Assembly: GCA_964358135.1 (NCBI GenBank)
Contig: CAYHOC010000001.1
Location: 1-41,168, forward strand
Length of the DNA stretch: 41,168 nt
Reading direction: 5' to 3'
Origin: an uncultured Gammaproteobacteria bacterium
GTDB taxonomy: Bacteria > Patescibacteriota > Patescibacteriia > CAYHOC01
The notes below the pieces were generated by a model that was given only the letters and a program-made list of their open reading frames with translations, was not told the DNA's origin and searched no databases. This document shows, one piece after another, positions 26,081 through 34,406 of the stretch (position 1 is the stretch's first letter; each line of letters starts with the position of its first letter). The position numbers and the translations under genes are program-made.

Positions 26081-26364
26081 CTTACAATCAGGGGAAAAAA
26101 TTAAATTTATTACGTGGCCATAATACCGTCCCCGCCGCGGCGGGCCATCAGGGCGGATGGAGGCCATAAAAATATATGTCGGCGGAGTCGACACATCTCA
26201 TAAAAAACTCGCCCGGATACCCCGCCAGCTTGCTGCGGGGTCGGGTTTATTTTGTCACATATATATTTTACCTCTTTTGGCCTTTTCGGACAATGCTTTA
26301 CAAAATTCTGAAAAAAAGCTATCATATAATGGGTTTAACGAATTTCGGTATAATCTGCGGCGAC

Positions 26365-26388
26365 AAAAATGCCTCCTTAATCGGGGTG
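26365..26388. repeat. Left arm of a perfect 24-bp long-range inverted repeat flanking tRNA-Pro
   Basis: aaaaatgcctccttaatcggggtg is the exact reverse complement of 26782-26805. Confidence 0.9.
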
Positions 26389-26545
26389 TGCCCGCCTAAC
26401 TTTTTGAATAAGATATCTATAATATTAAGATTCCATGAACACGCTGCGCGGAATTACAGGCAAAGCGATATCAAAAAGTTGGGCGGGTGAAGCTAGCGCG
26501 CGTTGTTCGGTCTCGCCCACCCAACTTTTTAAAACTCAATTGAAT

Positions 26546-26618
26546 CGGGCTGTAGCGCAGTTGGTAGCGCGCATCGTTCGGGACGATGAGGCCGCGGGTT
26601 CAAGTCCCGCCAGCCCGA
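26546..26618 (+). tRNA. tRNA-Pro (anticodon CGG)
   Basis: It folds as a 73-nt cloverleaf: acceptor cgggctg/cagcccg, D arm gcgc-agttggta-gcgc, anticodon arm catcg-ttCGGga-cgatg, T arm gcggg-ttcaagt-cccgc, discriminator A. No CCA is encoded. Confidence 0.95.
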
Positions 26619-26781
26619 TTGAGTTGAGCGATCTTAATTAAAACAGATCAATTTTTAAAAAGTTGGGCGGGGAACAAGAGGTCGCCGGTTTCCGCCCGAG
26701 GCGGATCTGCCGTAGGCATGACAAGTCCGGCTACCCCGAAATTTAGGCGGAGAACACGAGGCCGCCCCGCAAATGCGGGGT

Positions 26782-26805
26782 CACCCCGATTAAGGAGGCA
26801 TTTTT
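26782..26805. repeat. Right arm of the 24-bp inverted repeat flanking tRNA-Pro
   Basis: caccccgattaaggaggcattttt. Confidence 0.9.
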
Positions 26806-26830
26806 CAATTCAAATCCTCTCACCCCGACC

Positions 26831-26858
26831 AAAAAAGACCGAGCACTCGGTCTTTTTT
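26831..26858. terminator. Bidirectional intrinsic terminator (tRNA region on plus, nrdJ on minus)
   Basis: aaaaaaGACCGA-gcac-TCGGTCtttttt. Confidence 0.8.
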
Positions 26859-26991
26859 GGTTTTATATAGTTGGCATCAGGCGCATCTCTTTTCCGCACT
26901 TAGAGTACCCACAAACTTCTCCTACGCTAAAGCTTCGGAGGACTGGTAGTGCAATTGAGCTCATCTGGCATCTAAAAAATATTCGCGCATA

Positions 26992-29900
26992 TCAACCGCA
27001 TTTTGAGTATCCGCACACCGGACAAAGCATACAACTCTCTTTGAAGACAAGCATCCCGCCGCATTCCGGACATTCCGGCGCGTGGCCGACATTGGCAATT
27101 GAGAAAGTTCGGAGCGGCGTTTCCGCCAGCACATAATCGCGCTCCGGCACATGGAGCCCGGTGATTTGCGCCGCCAGCATCGGTTCAGCCGAAGCGGCCG
27201 GCAAAGTTTCCGGATTTATCCCGTTAGAAATTAAATTTTTAACGGGATTTATTGTTCCGGCCATCCCCTGCTCCCTGAACTCCAGATTCAATTTTGCCTG
27301 CGGTTTTTGGATGTGCTCAAGCATCACATGGGCGATGGCGTCCGGAATGGAAAGAATTTGTCCGTATTTTCCCCACGACGGCATCGGGCCCCTGATTCCC
27401 TTGATTTGGTCAATGATCGTCTCGGCCGGAATACTGCTCCGCAGTCCGAGCGAAATCAGGCGGCAAATCGCTTCTGACTTGGCGGCAAAAAATCCGCCGG
27501 TCTTACCGATGGTCGCGAAAACTTCAAAGGGATTGCCCTCTTCGTCATTATTAACGGTAACAAAAAGCGTGCCATACCCTGTTTTAACTTTATAAGTGCT
27601 TCCGGAAACAATCTCCGGCCTTGGTTTCGGCGAAAAAACATACGGCGGCGGCGAGGCCTCTTGTTTTGCCGCCGACGCTTCCAATGTCTTGGCTTCCGCC
27701 TCCGATTTTTTAACATCTTCTTTGGAAGTCAAAACCGCGTCATCGCGCGAACCGTCTCTGAAATATGTCGCGCCCTTGCAGCCGAGTTCGTAAGCCAGAG
27801 CGTAAAGCTCTTTCACCTGCTCAATCGTATGCGTCTTCGGAGCATTGACTGTTTTGGAAATGCTTGAATCAACATATTTTTGAATCGCCGCCTGCATCCT
27901 GATGTGCTCTTCCGGGGTGAGCTGTTTCGCGGTGATGAAATATTCCGGCAATTTTTCGTTTGAATATTTTGTTTTAAATTCTTCATACAGCGCGTGATAC
28001 ACCTCGTGTTCGCCGAGCCGGTCTTTGCGCGTGAGGACGAAATCATAAATCGGCTCAATACCGGAAGACGCCTCGGCCAGAATGCTGGTGGTGCCGGTCG
28101 GCGCCTGCGTCAGAAGCACGGCATTCCTGATGCCCTTATTCCTGATTTCTTCGCGTAAATTTTCCGGCAAACGCTTAATGAACCATCCTTCAAGATATTT
28201 TTCCGCGTCAAAACGCGGAAAAGCCCCTTTTTCCGCGGCGATTTCAATTGATGCCGCATACGATTCATCGCGGATAAACCGGTAAAGTTCCTCGCACAAA
28301 TCCAGCGCTTCCTTGCCGCCATAGCGGATTTTAAGCTTGATTAAAAGATCGGCCAGGCCCATTGTCCCCAAACCGACGCGCCTGGTTTGCATCTGGGCCG
28401 TCCGATTTTCCTCAAAGATATAATAGGTGGCGTCAATCACATTGTCCAAAAATCGCGTCGCCGTCCGCACGGTGGCGCCGAGCGCCGCGTAGTCAAGCCT
28501 CCCGTCCCGCTCAAATTTTGCAAGATTCACCGCGCCCAAATTGCACACCCCCCAGGCGCCGAGTCCCTGTTCGCCGCAATTGTGAACGACAAGGCCGTTG
28601 GCCGAAAAAGAATGACTGCTCGGTTCAACTAAATCGTAGACCATCTCTTCACCAAGATATTCTAAATTTTTGAAGGTTGCCAAAAACTGTTTTTCATACG
28701 GACCTCGCCGGTATCCTTGCAAAAGGTCGTTTAATTTCGTTTGTTTCGCTTCCGACAAAAAACCTATCTGTTCCGCAAAAACAGCAACCATATCCTGACT
28801 GATAACCAGGTCGTGTTGGGCTTGGCAGAAATACGGAGCTAAGCCGCCCTTGCCGTTCGGAAGTTCGCGCACTCCTTCCGACCGTCGCTCGGTGTAAATA
28901 CTGCTCACAATTTTAAAGTTCAATAACAATTGCTGCACCTCTTTAAGCAAAGATACTGAAACGGATGAAAGGCGCGCGCTCACGCCTTTTTGGATTGTGC
29001 CCGCCACATGGCCGTCAGCCGTAAACAAACCTTGCAAAAAACCTCGTTGCATATCAGCCGAACCCTCCCACACGGACTTCGGCACTTTCAATTTTTCACC
29101 GATTGCGAGGCCGGCATCAAAAAGCAGGGCCGTCAATCGCTCTGAGGAAACGCGCGCTTCGTCGCGATTGGTCAGCAAACAAGCGCTAACGGTATAAACG
29201 CGTCCGCTCCTTTCGGCGACTGTGGCGCTTTGATTTATTGCCCGATTTACAAAATTAGCAAAAACCGGCGCGAGTTCCCGCTTTTCTTCGCCAAAAAAAG
29301 ATAAAACCGCCAAATCTTTTGACTCATTAAAATGTCCGTCGCCCACAAACCAGCCGAGAACGCGCCCCCATTCGGCATCTCCTTCCTTTCCGAATCCTCC
29401 GCCGTTATTGGATAAAAAGATTTTGTCGCCATTCTTCAAATGCCCCGCTTCCACCCATCCTTGATCCGTGCGTACGCGATGGTCATATGTCAGTTTTATT
29501 TCATATCCCTCCTTGGTCTCTAATTTGTACACTTTTTTTACGCCGGACTGAATAATTTTTTCCACGGCAGAAAAACGTTCTCCGCTCAAACGGCTATCTA
29601 AAACAACCGAGACCTTACTCTGACTTTCAAATAGCTCCTTAATTGTTTTAAGACCATCCGCGGTGGCAACGCGCGTATCGCCGGCAACGCAGGGATTGAC
29701 GCAAATAATTTTTTCATAATACCAGGTGTTTGACTGTTTATTGTAGCGGTCGGTAAAAACAACACCCGGCTCGCCCGACGCCCAGGCCGACTCGCAGATT
29801 TTATCCCATAATTCGCGCGCCTTGACTGTTTTATGCACTTTGCCGCCCCATTTCAGTTCCCAGTCGCGGTCTTCTTTCACCGCTTCCATAAAAGGATCAG

Positions 29901-30498
29901 AAACGCAAACCGACAAATTGGCATTCGTAATCAAACCCATGGTGCGCTTGACGGTGATAAAATCTTCAATATCCGGATGGTCGTCGTTTAACATCAGCAT
30001 CAAAGCCCCGCGGCGCGAGCCGCCTTGAGTAATCAGGCCGGTGGCGTAAGAATATAATCCGCCGAAAGAAACCGAGCCCGAAGCGGTGCCATTGACGCCT
30101 TTTACATAATTTCCTTTCGGGCGAAGCGTAGAGATATTAACGCCCACTCCCCCGCCCCGCGACATAATTTCCACCATCAATTTGACGCTGTCAAAAATGC
30201 CGCCGCGGCTGTCTTCCGGCGAAGGAATCACGAAACAATTGTAAAAAGTGAGCTGGGCCGATGTCCCGGCGCCGGACAAAATCCGTCCGCCTGGGACAAA
30301 CTTGAAATCTTCCAGCGCGTTATAAAATTTTTCTTCCCAAAAATTTTTCGTCTCTTCGGTTTTCTCTCCCCCGGCAATAAAATGAGCGACGCGGCGCCAC
30401 ATTTCTTCGGGCGCGCGTTCAATCTGCTTGCCTTCGCCATCCTTTAAGGCATAGCGGTCGTTAAAAACTTTTAGAGGAAGACCGGAGAGTTCAAGCAT
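26992..30498 (-). CDS. nrdJ: Adenosylcobalamin-dependent (class II) ribonucleotide reductase, intein-containing precursor
   Basis: 1168 aa (797 aa of extein). It has no ATP cone. The motifs are SRGGGVGVNISTLRPKG and the active-site NPCGE (split by the intein), plus a C-terminal zinc ribbon CPECGG...CPVCG. Confidence 0.92.
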   Translation of the reverse strand: MLELSGLPLKVFNDRYALKDGEGKQIERAPEEMWRRVAHFIAGGEKTEETKNFWEEKFYNALEDFKFVPGGRILSGAGTSAQLTFYNCFVIPSPEDSRGGIFDSVKLMVEIMSRGGGVGVNISTLRPKGNYVKGVNGTASGSVSFGGLYSYATGLITQGGSRRGALMLMLNDDHPDIEDFITVKRTMGLITNANLSVCVSDPFMEAVKEDRDWELKWGGKVHKTVKARELWDKICESAWASGEPGVVFTDRYNKQSNTWYYEKIICVNPCVAGDTRVATADGLKTIKELFESQSKVSVVLDSRLSGERFSAVEKIIQSGVKKVYKLETKEGYEIKLTYDHRVRTDQGWVEAGHLKNGDKIFLSNNGGGFGKEGDAEWGRVLGWFVGDGHFNESKDLAVLSFFGEEKRELAPVFANFVNRAINQSATVAERSGRVYTVSACLLTNRDEARVSSERLTALLFDAGLAIGEKLKVPKSVWEGSADMQRGFLQGLFTADGHVAGTIQKGVSARLSSVSVSLLKEVQQLLLNFKIVSSIYTERRSEGVRELPNGKGGLAPYFCQAQHDLVISQDMVAVFAEQIGFLSEAKQTKLNDLLQGYRRGPYEKQFLATFKNLEYLGEEMVYDLVEPSSHSFSANGLVVHNCGEQGLGAWGVCNLGAVNLAKFERDGRLDYAALGATVRTATRFLDNVIDATYYIFEENRTAQMQTRRVGLGTMGLADLLIKLKIRYGGKEALDLCEELYRFIRDESYAASIEIAAEKGAFPRFDAEKYLEGWFIKRLPENLREEIRNKGIRNAVLLTQAPTGTTSILAEASSGIEPIYDFVLTRKDRLGEHEVYHALYEEFKTKYSNEKLPEYFITAKQLTPEEHIRMQAAIQKYVDSSISKTVNAPKTHTIEQVKELYALAYELGCKGATYFRDGSRDDAVLTSKEDVKKSEAEAKTLEASAAKQEASPPPYVFSPKPRPEIVSGSTYKVKTGYGTLFVTVNNDEEGNPFEVFATIGKTGGFFAAKSEAICRLISLGLRSSIPAETIIDQIKGIRGPMPSWGKYGQILSIPDAIAHVMLEHIQKPQAKLNLEFREQGMAGTINPVKNLISNGINPETLPAASAEPMLAAQITGLHVPERDYVLAETPLRTFSIANVGHAPECPECGGMLVFKESCMLCPVCGYSKCG
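28579..29691 (-). mobile_element. Intein (371 aa) with a LAGLIDADG homing endonuclease domain
   Basis: It starts with Cys270 (CVAGDTRV, codon 29691-29689) and ends with VVHN (Asn640, codon 28581-28579), followed by the +1 Cys. Block B is TYDH. The LAGLIDADG motifs are LGWFVGDGHF and LQGLFTADGHV. Confidence 0.9.
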
Positions 30499-30942
30499 GG
30501 AAAAGAAATTTAGTTTTTATTTTGCAGCCGATGACCATAATCCGTTTCGACGACGGATTAATACTCATGAGCCGAAATAAAAACAAATTATTATGTCTAA
30601 CTGTTAATTAAAATGGAGTTAAAAAAAGAATAGAAAAGGGAATTTCCATTCAAGAAAATTAATAAACCCCTCATCAACATTATAACACGGCTATTGATTT
30701 TTACGCTGTGGATAAGCCGTAAAAACCGCGATTTTCCGCTTCAAAAATTTTTCTTGACAGGTTTTTTTATCAGTGAATTCCTCGAGCTTGTGCCCGAAAT
30801 CCTCGCGTTAACAAGGTCTTTCCTCGCTCACGCGAGGACTCCGATTTTTTTGATTTCTCCAATGCCCTGGCAGAATTTTTTTATCGCGATTTTGATATTT
30901 TAGCACATTCAAAAATAATTGCAAAATTTTTCGATCAGTTAT

Positions 30943-30970
30943 GTAGAGACGCAAAATTTTGCGTCTCTAC
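30943..30970. repeat. GTAGAGACGC hairpin family, copy 4
   Basis: gtagagacgc-aaaatttt-gcgtctctac: perfect arms, with the same loop as copy 3. Confidence 0.9.
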
Positions 30971-31008
30971 GATATCCGCGTTATCCACTCATATCCGCGT
31001 AATCAAAT

Positions 31009-31581
31009 TTAAAACAATCTTAAATTACCCGCCTCTTTTTTTGGCGCATTCGTTATCACAAGCGGAATCCTTCTTTTCTCGCCGCTCCACTTGTCGTGAT
31101 AAAAAACTTCGGATTTATCGCGGACATACTCGTATAAATCTTTGGTGACGCGCACATCCTGCAGACAATATTCTTTTAATTTTTCCAACTCGCCGTCGGC
31201 CCAAAATTTTACCGCGTCAAGGCCGCTGCCGCTCTTGCCCCTGCCGAGCGTCGCTTGCGCCAGCGAATCAAGTTTAATCCGAAATCCGGTAATCCGTTCA
31301 AACTCTTCCATCAGGTCCAAAGTTGGAATTTTCCAAATATCAGAAAAATGTTTCGCCATCACCGGATAATCAAAACCCTTAAGATTAAAGCCAATCACCC
31401 GCTCGGCGGAAGACAAAAGCGGCCACAAATCCTTAAAATCCTCTTCCCAAAAGCCAAGATAGCCGTCGCGCGCGTAATCATAAATACCAATAAAAGAAAT
31501 ATCCAGTTTCTCCGGATTGTGCCCGCCGACATCCATAAAAGTGTTTTTAGTTTCTATGTCCAAAACTATTTCACTTGACAT
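31009..31581 (-). CDS. DEDD-type 3'-5' exonuclease (RNase H-like fold, PolB-exonuclease-like)
   Basis: 190 aa. Exo I is VLDIET, Exo II is GFNLKGFDYP, and Exo III is YCLQDV. Confidence 0.75.
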   Translation of the reverse strand: MSSEIVLDIETKNTFMDVGGHNPEKLDISFIGIYDYARDGYLGFWEEDFKDLWPLLSSAERVIGFNLKGFDYPVMAKHFSDIWKIPTLDLMEEFERITGFRIKLDSLAQATLGRGKSGSGLDAVKFWADGELEKLKEYCLQDVRVTKDLYEYVRDKSEVFYHDKWSGEKRRIPLVITNAPKKEAGNLRLF

Positions 31582-31651
31582 AAAAATATTTTAACACAAA
31601 ACCGCTATTACATGAATTTAAATGTCAAGATTAATCCAAATAGCTTTGACC

Positions 31652-31687
31652 GTAGAGACGCCCCGATGTCCATCGGGGCGTCTCTAC
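31652..31687. repeat. GTAGAGACGC hairpin family, copy 5 (extended stem)
   Basis: gtagagacgccccgatg-tc-catcggggcgtctctac: 17-bp arms. Confidence 0.9.
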
Positions 31688-31735
31688 AATACCCAGCGCC
31701 ATCATCATTAAAACTATAATTAAAATACCCCGACA

Positions 31736-32632
31736 TCAGGTCGGGGTTTTTTTCTTATATTCTTGCGGCCGCTTTTGCCGCCAAATGCCGGCTTGGTCGT
31801 TTTCGTCAACGGCAAAAATGATTTTATCGCCGGCGATTACATCTTCAAAAATTATTGCCGCCAAAAGTTTATGGATAATTTGATCGAAGATGCGGGAGGA
31901 TTCAAGATACCGTACGACTCCGTCCGTTGAACTTGTCTGCTGCTCCAGCATAAACAAATACAGACCGTCGTATTTGATGCCAACCGGAACAACTATTCCA
32001 AATTTGTCAACGCATTTCCCGGCAAACAAATCCTGAATAGCCCGGAGTTGAACATCCAGAATTGATTGGCCGCCCGATTTGTTGCCGGCGATTTTTTGGA
32101 GCGGAGCGAGGGTCTGGCTAAAAATGCCGCGCATCACCGCATCCGCGACTTTTCGAAACGCTTTCACCCAGCCATCGCTCCAGCGCATCTTTCCGGCCAC
32201 TAAGCGGCTGGCAACTTCAAGGCAATCAATCCGCACCAGATAACTCGCCCTGGCCGCCATAAAATCTTTCAGATGCTCGGGAATCTCTCCGAGCGGCCCG
32301 TACCATTCCTTTTTAGTAATTTCAATTGCCTGCTCGCGGCTGGCGTCGGCAAAAAGAATATTCCAAGGCCCGAGTTCTCCAGTCCTAAGCCCTCGCCCTT
32401 CCCGCGCCCATTCTTCCAAACACCCAACGACTTCAACCGGCGTCTTATTGGCAAAAAGCCGATGCCAGGCGCGGTGTTTAACATCCAGAGGATATTTCAA
32501 ATTCCACCAATCATCGGTTCCGCCGCGACTGCGGGGAATAAGATGATGCTTGCTGCACAGGGGTTCGCGTTTCCGGCGCCGCGGTTGCCGTTTTCTGTCT
32601 TTTCTTCGCAAGGCACTCCTCCTCTTTTTCAA
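31736..32632 (-). CDS. HNH (His-Me finger) nuclease domain fused to a ~220-aa C-terminal region of unknown function
   Basis: It has an Arg/Lys-rich N-terminus followed by KHHLIPRSRGG...WWNL...KHRAWHRLF. There is no ATG start. The likely start is TTG 32611, which has GAGGAGG 6 nt upstream (the track uses TTG 32632). A hairpin at 31727-31751 overlaps the stop codon. Confidence 0.6.
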   Translation of the reverse strand: MKKRRSALRRKDRKRQPRRRKREPLCSKHHLIPRSRGGTDDWWNLKYPLDVKHRAWHRLFANKTPVEVVGCLEEWAREGRGLRTGELGPWNILFADASREQAIEITKKEWYGPLGEIPEHLKDFMAARASYLVRIDCLEVASRLVAGKMRWSDGWVKAFRKVADAVMRGIFSQTLAPLQKIAGNKSGGQSILDVQLRAIQDLFAGKCVDKFGIVVPVGIKYDGLYLFMLEQQTSSTDGVVRYLESSRIFDQIIHKLLAAIIFEDVIAGDKIIFAVDENDQAGIWRQKRPQEYKKKTPT

Positions 32633-32644
32633 TGAACAAAATTG

Positions 32645-33643
32645 TTATTCAATAAATAATTTTTTGCTTTCATTCCAAAAAGTATCATTGCCGCGAACTT
32701 TTAACCAATACCACCACTCCACTCCCCAAAGATAGACCTCCGTAAATCCGGCGCGCCGCGCGAATTCAATATTATCCCTAAATCGTTCCAAATTCATTGA
32801 TTTATATTGTTCTTCAAGCGGTAAAAATTTGATGTCCGTCGGCGCCCAGGGTTCAACCTGCAGCTCTGTCACAATTACATCAGAAACCAGATATTTTATC
32901 AAGTTCGCGCGCTCGCGGTAAAAGGCCGGAAAAACCGGATAAAAAAGGTACCCAAAAAGTTTATTCCAAGACACCCGGTACATACTGATGCCTAAAATAT
33001 CGGCGAGCGACGCCGTGCCAATCCAGCTGGAAAGCTCGCCGGAATCGGTAATCACAACCGGACGATTATCCAAAGATTTTACGAGCGCGATTTCTTTTTT
33101 TAAAAAATCACGGCTGATTGTTTTACATTTTTCACCGAAAGGAAAAAACGGCTCGTTTTCAACCTGCCAATACCTTATCGAAGAATACGATTTATAACGG
33201 CTGACTACTTTGGCAAGATACGCAAGCGCCGCGCGATCCTGCTCCTCCTCATTTAATTTTTTCGCCCACTCCGGCAAATGACACTCGGGCCAACGGGGCA
33301 GTTTCCGGCCAATCGCCAAAATCACGAACGCATTTCTCTTTTTTGCCTCCAAAAGCTGCCAGTCCAAATCAGCAAACTGATAATTTCCGCGAGATGGTTC
33401 AATCTCTTCCCAATACGCGGGAATTCGCAACGCCCGAACTTTTAAATCATCCAGAATATCCGTATAAGTTTGCCGCCAATCCAAATCAAAATATCCGGCG
33501 TAGGCGCCGCTGAACGAAACGCCCCAAGTGATTTTACCGCCATTGGCCGGCGCGTTGGCGCGGAGCACCCAAAAAACAACAAAAGCCGCAATAATAACTA
33601 CTGCCGCTAAAATAAGAAACATTATTTTTTGTTTCCCTTTCAT
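32645..33643 (-). CDS. Membrane-anchored clan GH-A-like glycoside hydrolase
   Basis: It has an N-terminal TM segment. The TIM-barrel-like pattern includes LRIPAYWEEIEP..G.Y.F..LD and WQVENEPF (the NEP acid/base motif). Confidence 0.6.
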   Translation of the reverse strand: MKGKQKIMFLILAAVVIIAAFVVFWVLRANAPANGGKITWGVSFSGAYAGYFDLDWRQTYTDILDDLKVRALRIPAYWEEIEPSRGNYQFADLDWQLLEAKKRNAFVILAIGRKLPRWPECHLPEWAKKLNEEEQDRAALAYLAKVVSRYKSYSSIRYWQVENEPFFPFGEKCKTISRDFLKKEIALVKSLDNRPVVITDSGELSSWIGTASLADILGISMYRVSWNKLFGYLFYPVFPAFYRERANLIKYLVSDVIVTELQVEPWAPTDIKFLPLEEQYKSMNLERFRDNIEFARRAGFTEVYLWGVEWWYWLKVRGNDTFWNESKKLFIE

Positions 33644-33646
33644 ATC

Positions 33647-34003
33647 TTAAGCCAGCATTACTAATCCAATAAAAACAACGAGTATGCCGGCAATCTGTAC
33701 GGCGGTAAGGCTTTCTCTTAAAAAAAGCGCGCTAATCAAAACAACTGCCGTAAAAGTCAGTCCGGTAACAATCGGGTAAGCGAGAGAAATTTTTTGCCGC
33801 GTCAGCAACAAAACAAGAGCTGGAAATGAAAGCGCGAATCCCAAAAGTCCCAGAAAGAACCAGCCGTTTAAGAGAGCTTTGGCAACTTGACCAAACGGCG
33901 CCGTTCCGATGACCGGCATTTTATCGGCCCCGAGTTTAAAAAAGATGTTCCCGGCAATATTTCCGAGCGCAATAATCAAATAAAGCCCAATGGTGTAAAG
34001 CAT
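33647..34003 (-). CDS. Small 4-TM membrane protein, SMR/EamA-like (ArnE/ArnF-like flippase subunit)
   Basis: 118 aa with four hydrophobic helices. Its stop is 3 nt upstream of the start codon of the hydrolase gene that follows. Confidence 0.6.
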   Translation of the reverse strand: MLYTIGLYLIIALGNIAGNIFFKLGADKMPVIGTAPFGQVAKALLNGWFFLGLLGFALSFPALVLLLTRQKISLAYPIVTGLTFTAVVLISALFLRESLTAVQIAGILVVFIGLVMLA

Positions 34004-34004
34004 A

Positions 34005-34128
34005 CCCCGTTAGAAGTCCGCCTCCTCACTTTTTCTCATTTTGATATTAAACGGACTTAAATTATTTATTGACCCCGCAGTATAGACGAAAAATTATAAA
34101 ATTTTTTCGCGAAGGACTTCTAACGGGG
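34005..34128. mobile_element. MITE-like element, copy 2 (124 bp)
   Basis: The terminal inverted repeats are ccccgttagaagtcc / ggacttctaacgggg. It is flanked on both sides by the 5-bp direct repeat GCATA (34000-34004 and 34129-34133). Confidence 0.55.
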
Positions 34129-34134
34129 GCATAA

Positions 34135-34320
34135 TTAATGTTGATGTTCTTCCTCCGGCTTATAAAGCGCGCCGCAAATCGGGCACTTTAACCTTTTTTC
34201 AAACTCATGGCCGTACATCGGGCAAGCGTGTTCGCCGCATTTTTTTAGGCCGTTTTCATACTCGGCCTCAGAAACATTGGCGCCGCAGGTACCGGCGCAG
34301 ACATAACGAATTTCGGGCAT
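34135..34320 (-). CDS. Small Cys-rich (putative zinc-binding) protein, 61 aa
   Basis: MPEIRYVCAGTCG...CGEHACPMYGH...CPICG. The start choice (34320 versus 34365) is uncertain because there is no clear SD. Confidence 0.45.
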   Translation of the reverse strand: MPEIRYVCAGTCGANVSEAEYENGLKKCGEHACPMYGHEFEKRLKCPICGALYKPEEEHQH

Positions 34321-34406
34321 AGAAACAATAAAGCAAGAAATCATACGGCCTTTGGGCCTAAACAAAAAAGCAAATTGTTTTCTTGTTTTTTTGTTTTCTT
34401 GTTTTT

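Noticed and set aside
26081-26364. Track ORFs 26110-26325 (-), 26157-26399 (+) and 26176-26490 (+), plus the GC-rich patch at 26115-26260.
   Set aside because: The ORFs overlap each other, lack an SD and have odd composition. The patch contains a bidirectional terminator-like hairpin (ccccgc...gcgggg) but nothing I can assign to an RNA family.
26657-26780. A possible second tRNA or SRP-like small RNA immediately after tRNA-Pro.
   Set aside because: No cloverleaf can be drawn because there is no T-loop GTTCRA with a matching stem and no acceptor pairing, and there is no SRP domain IV motif. The similarity is limited to an 18-nt stretch resembling the tRNA-Pro 3' end, which I treat as a possible remnant in the tRNA finding.
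30694-30903. A 69-aa plus-strand ORF in the nrdJ upstream region.
   Set aside because: It has no SD, gives a hydrophobic low-complexity translation and overlaps repeat hairpins. It is probably non-coding.
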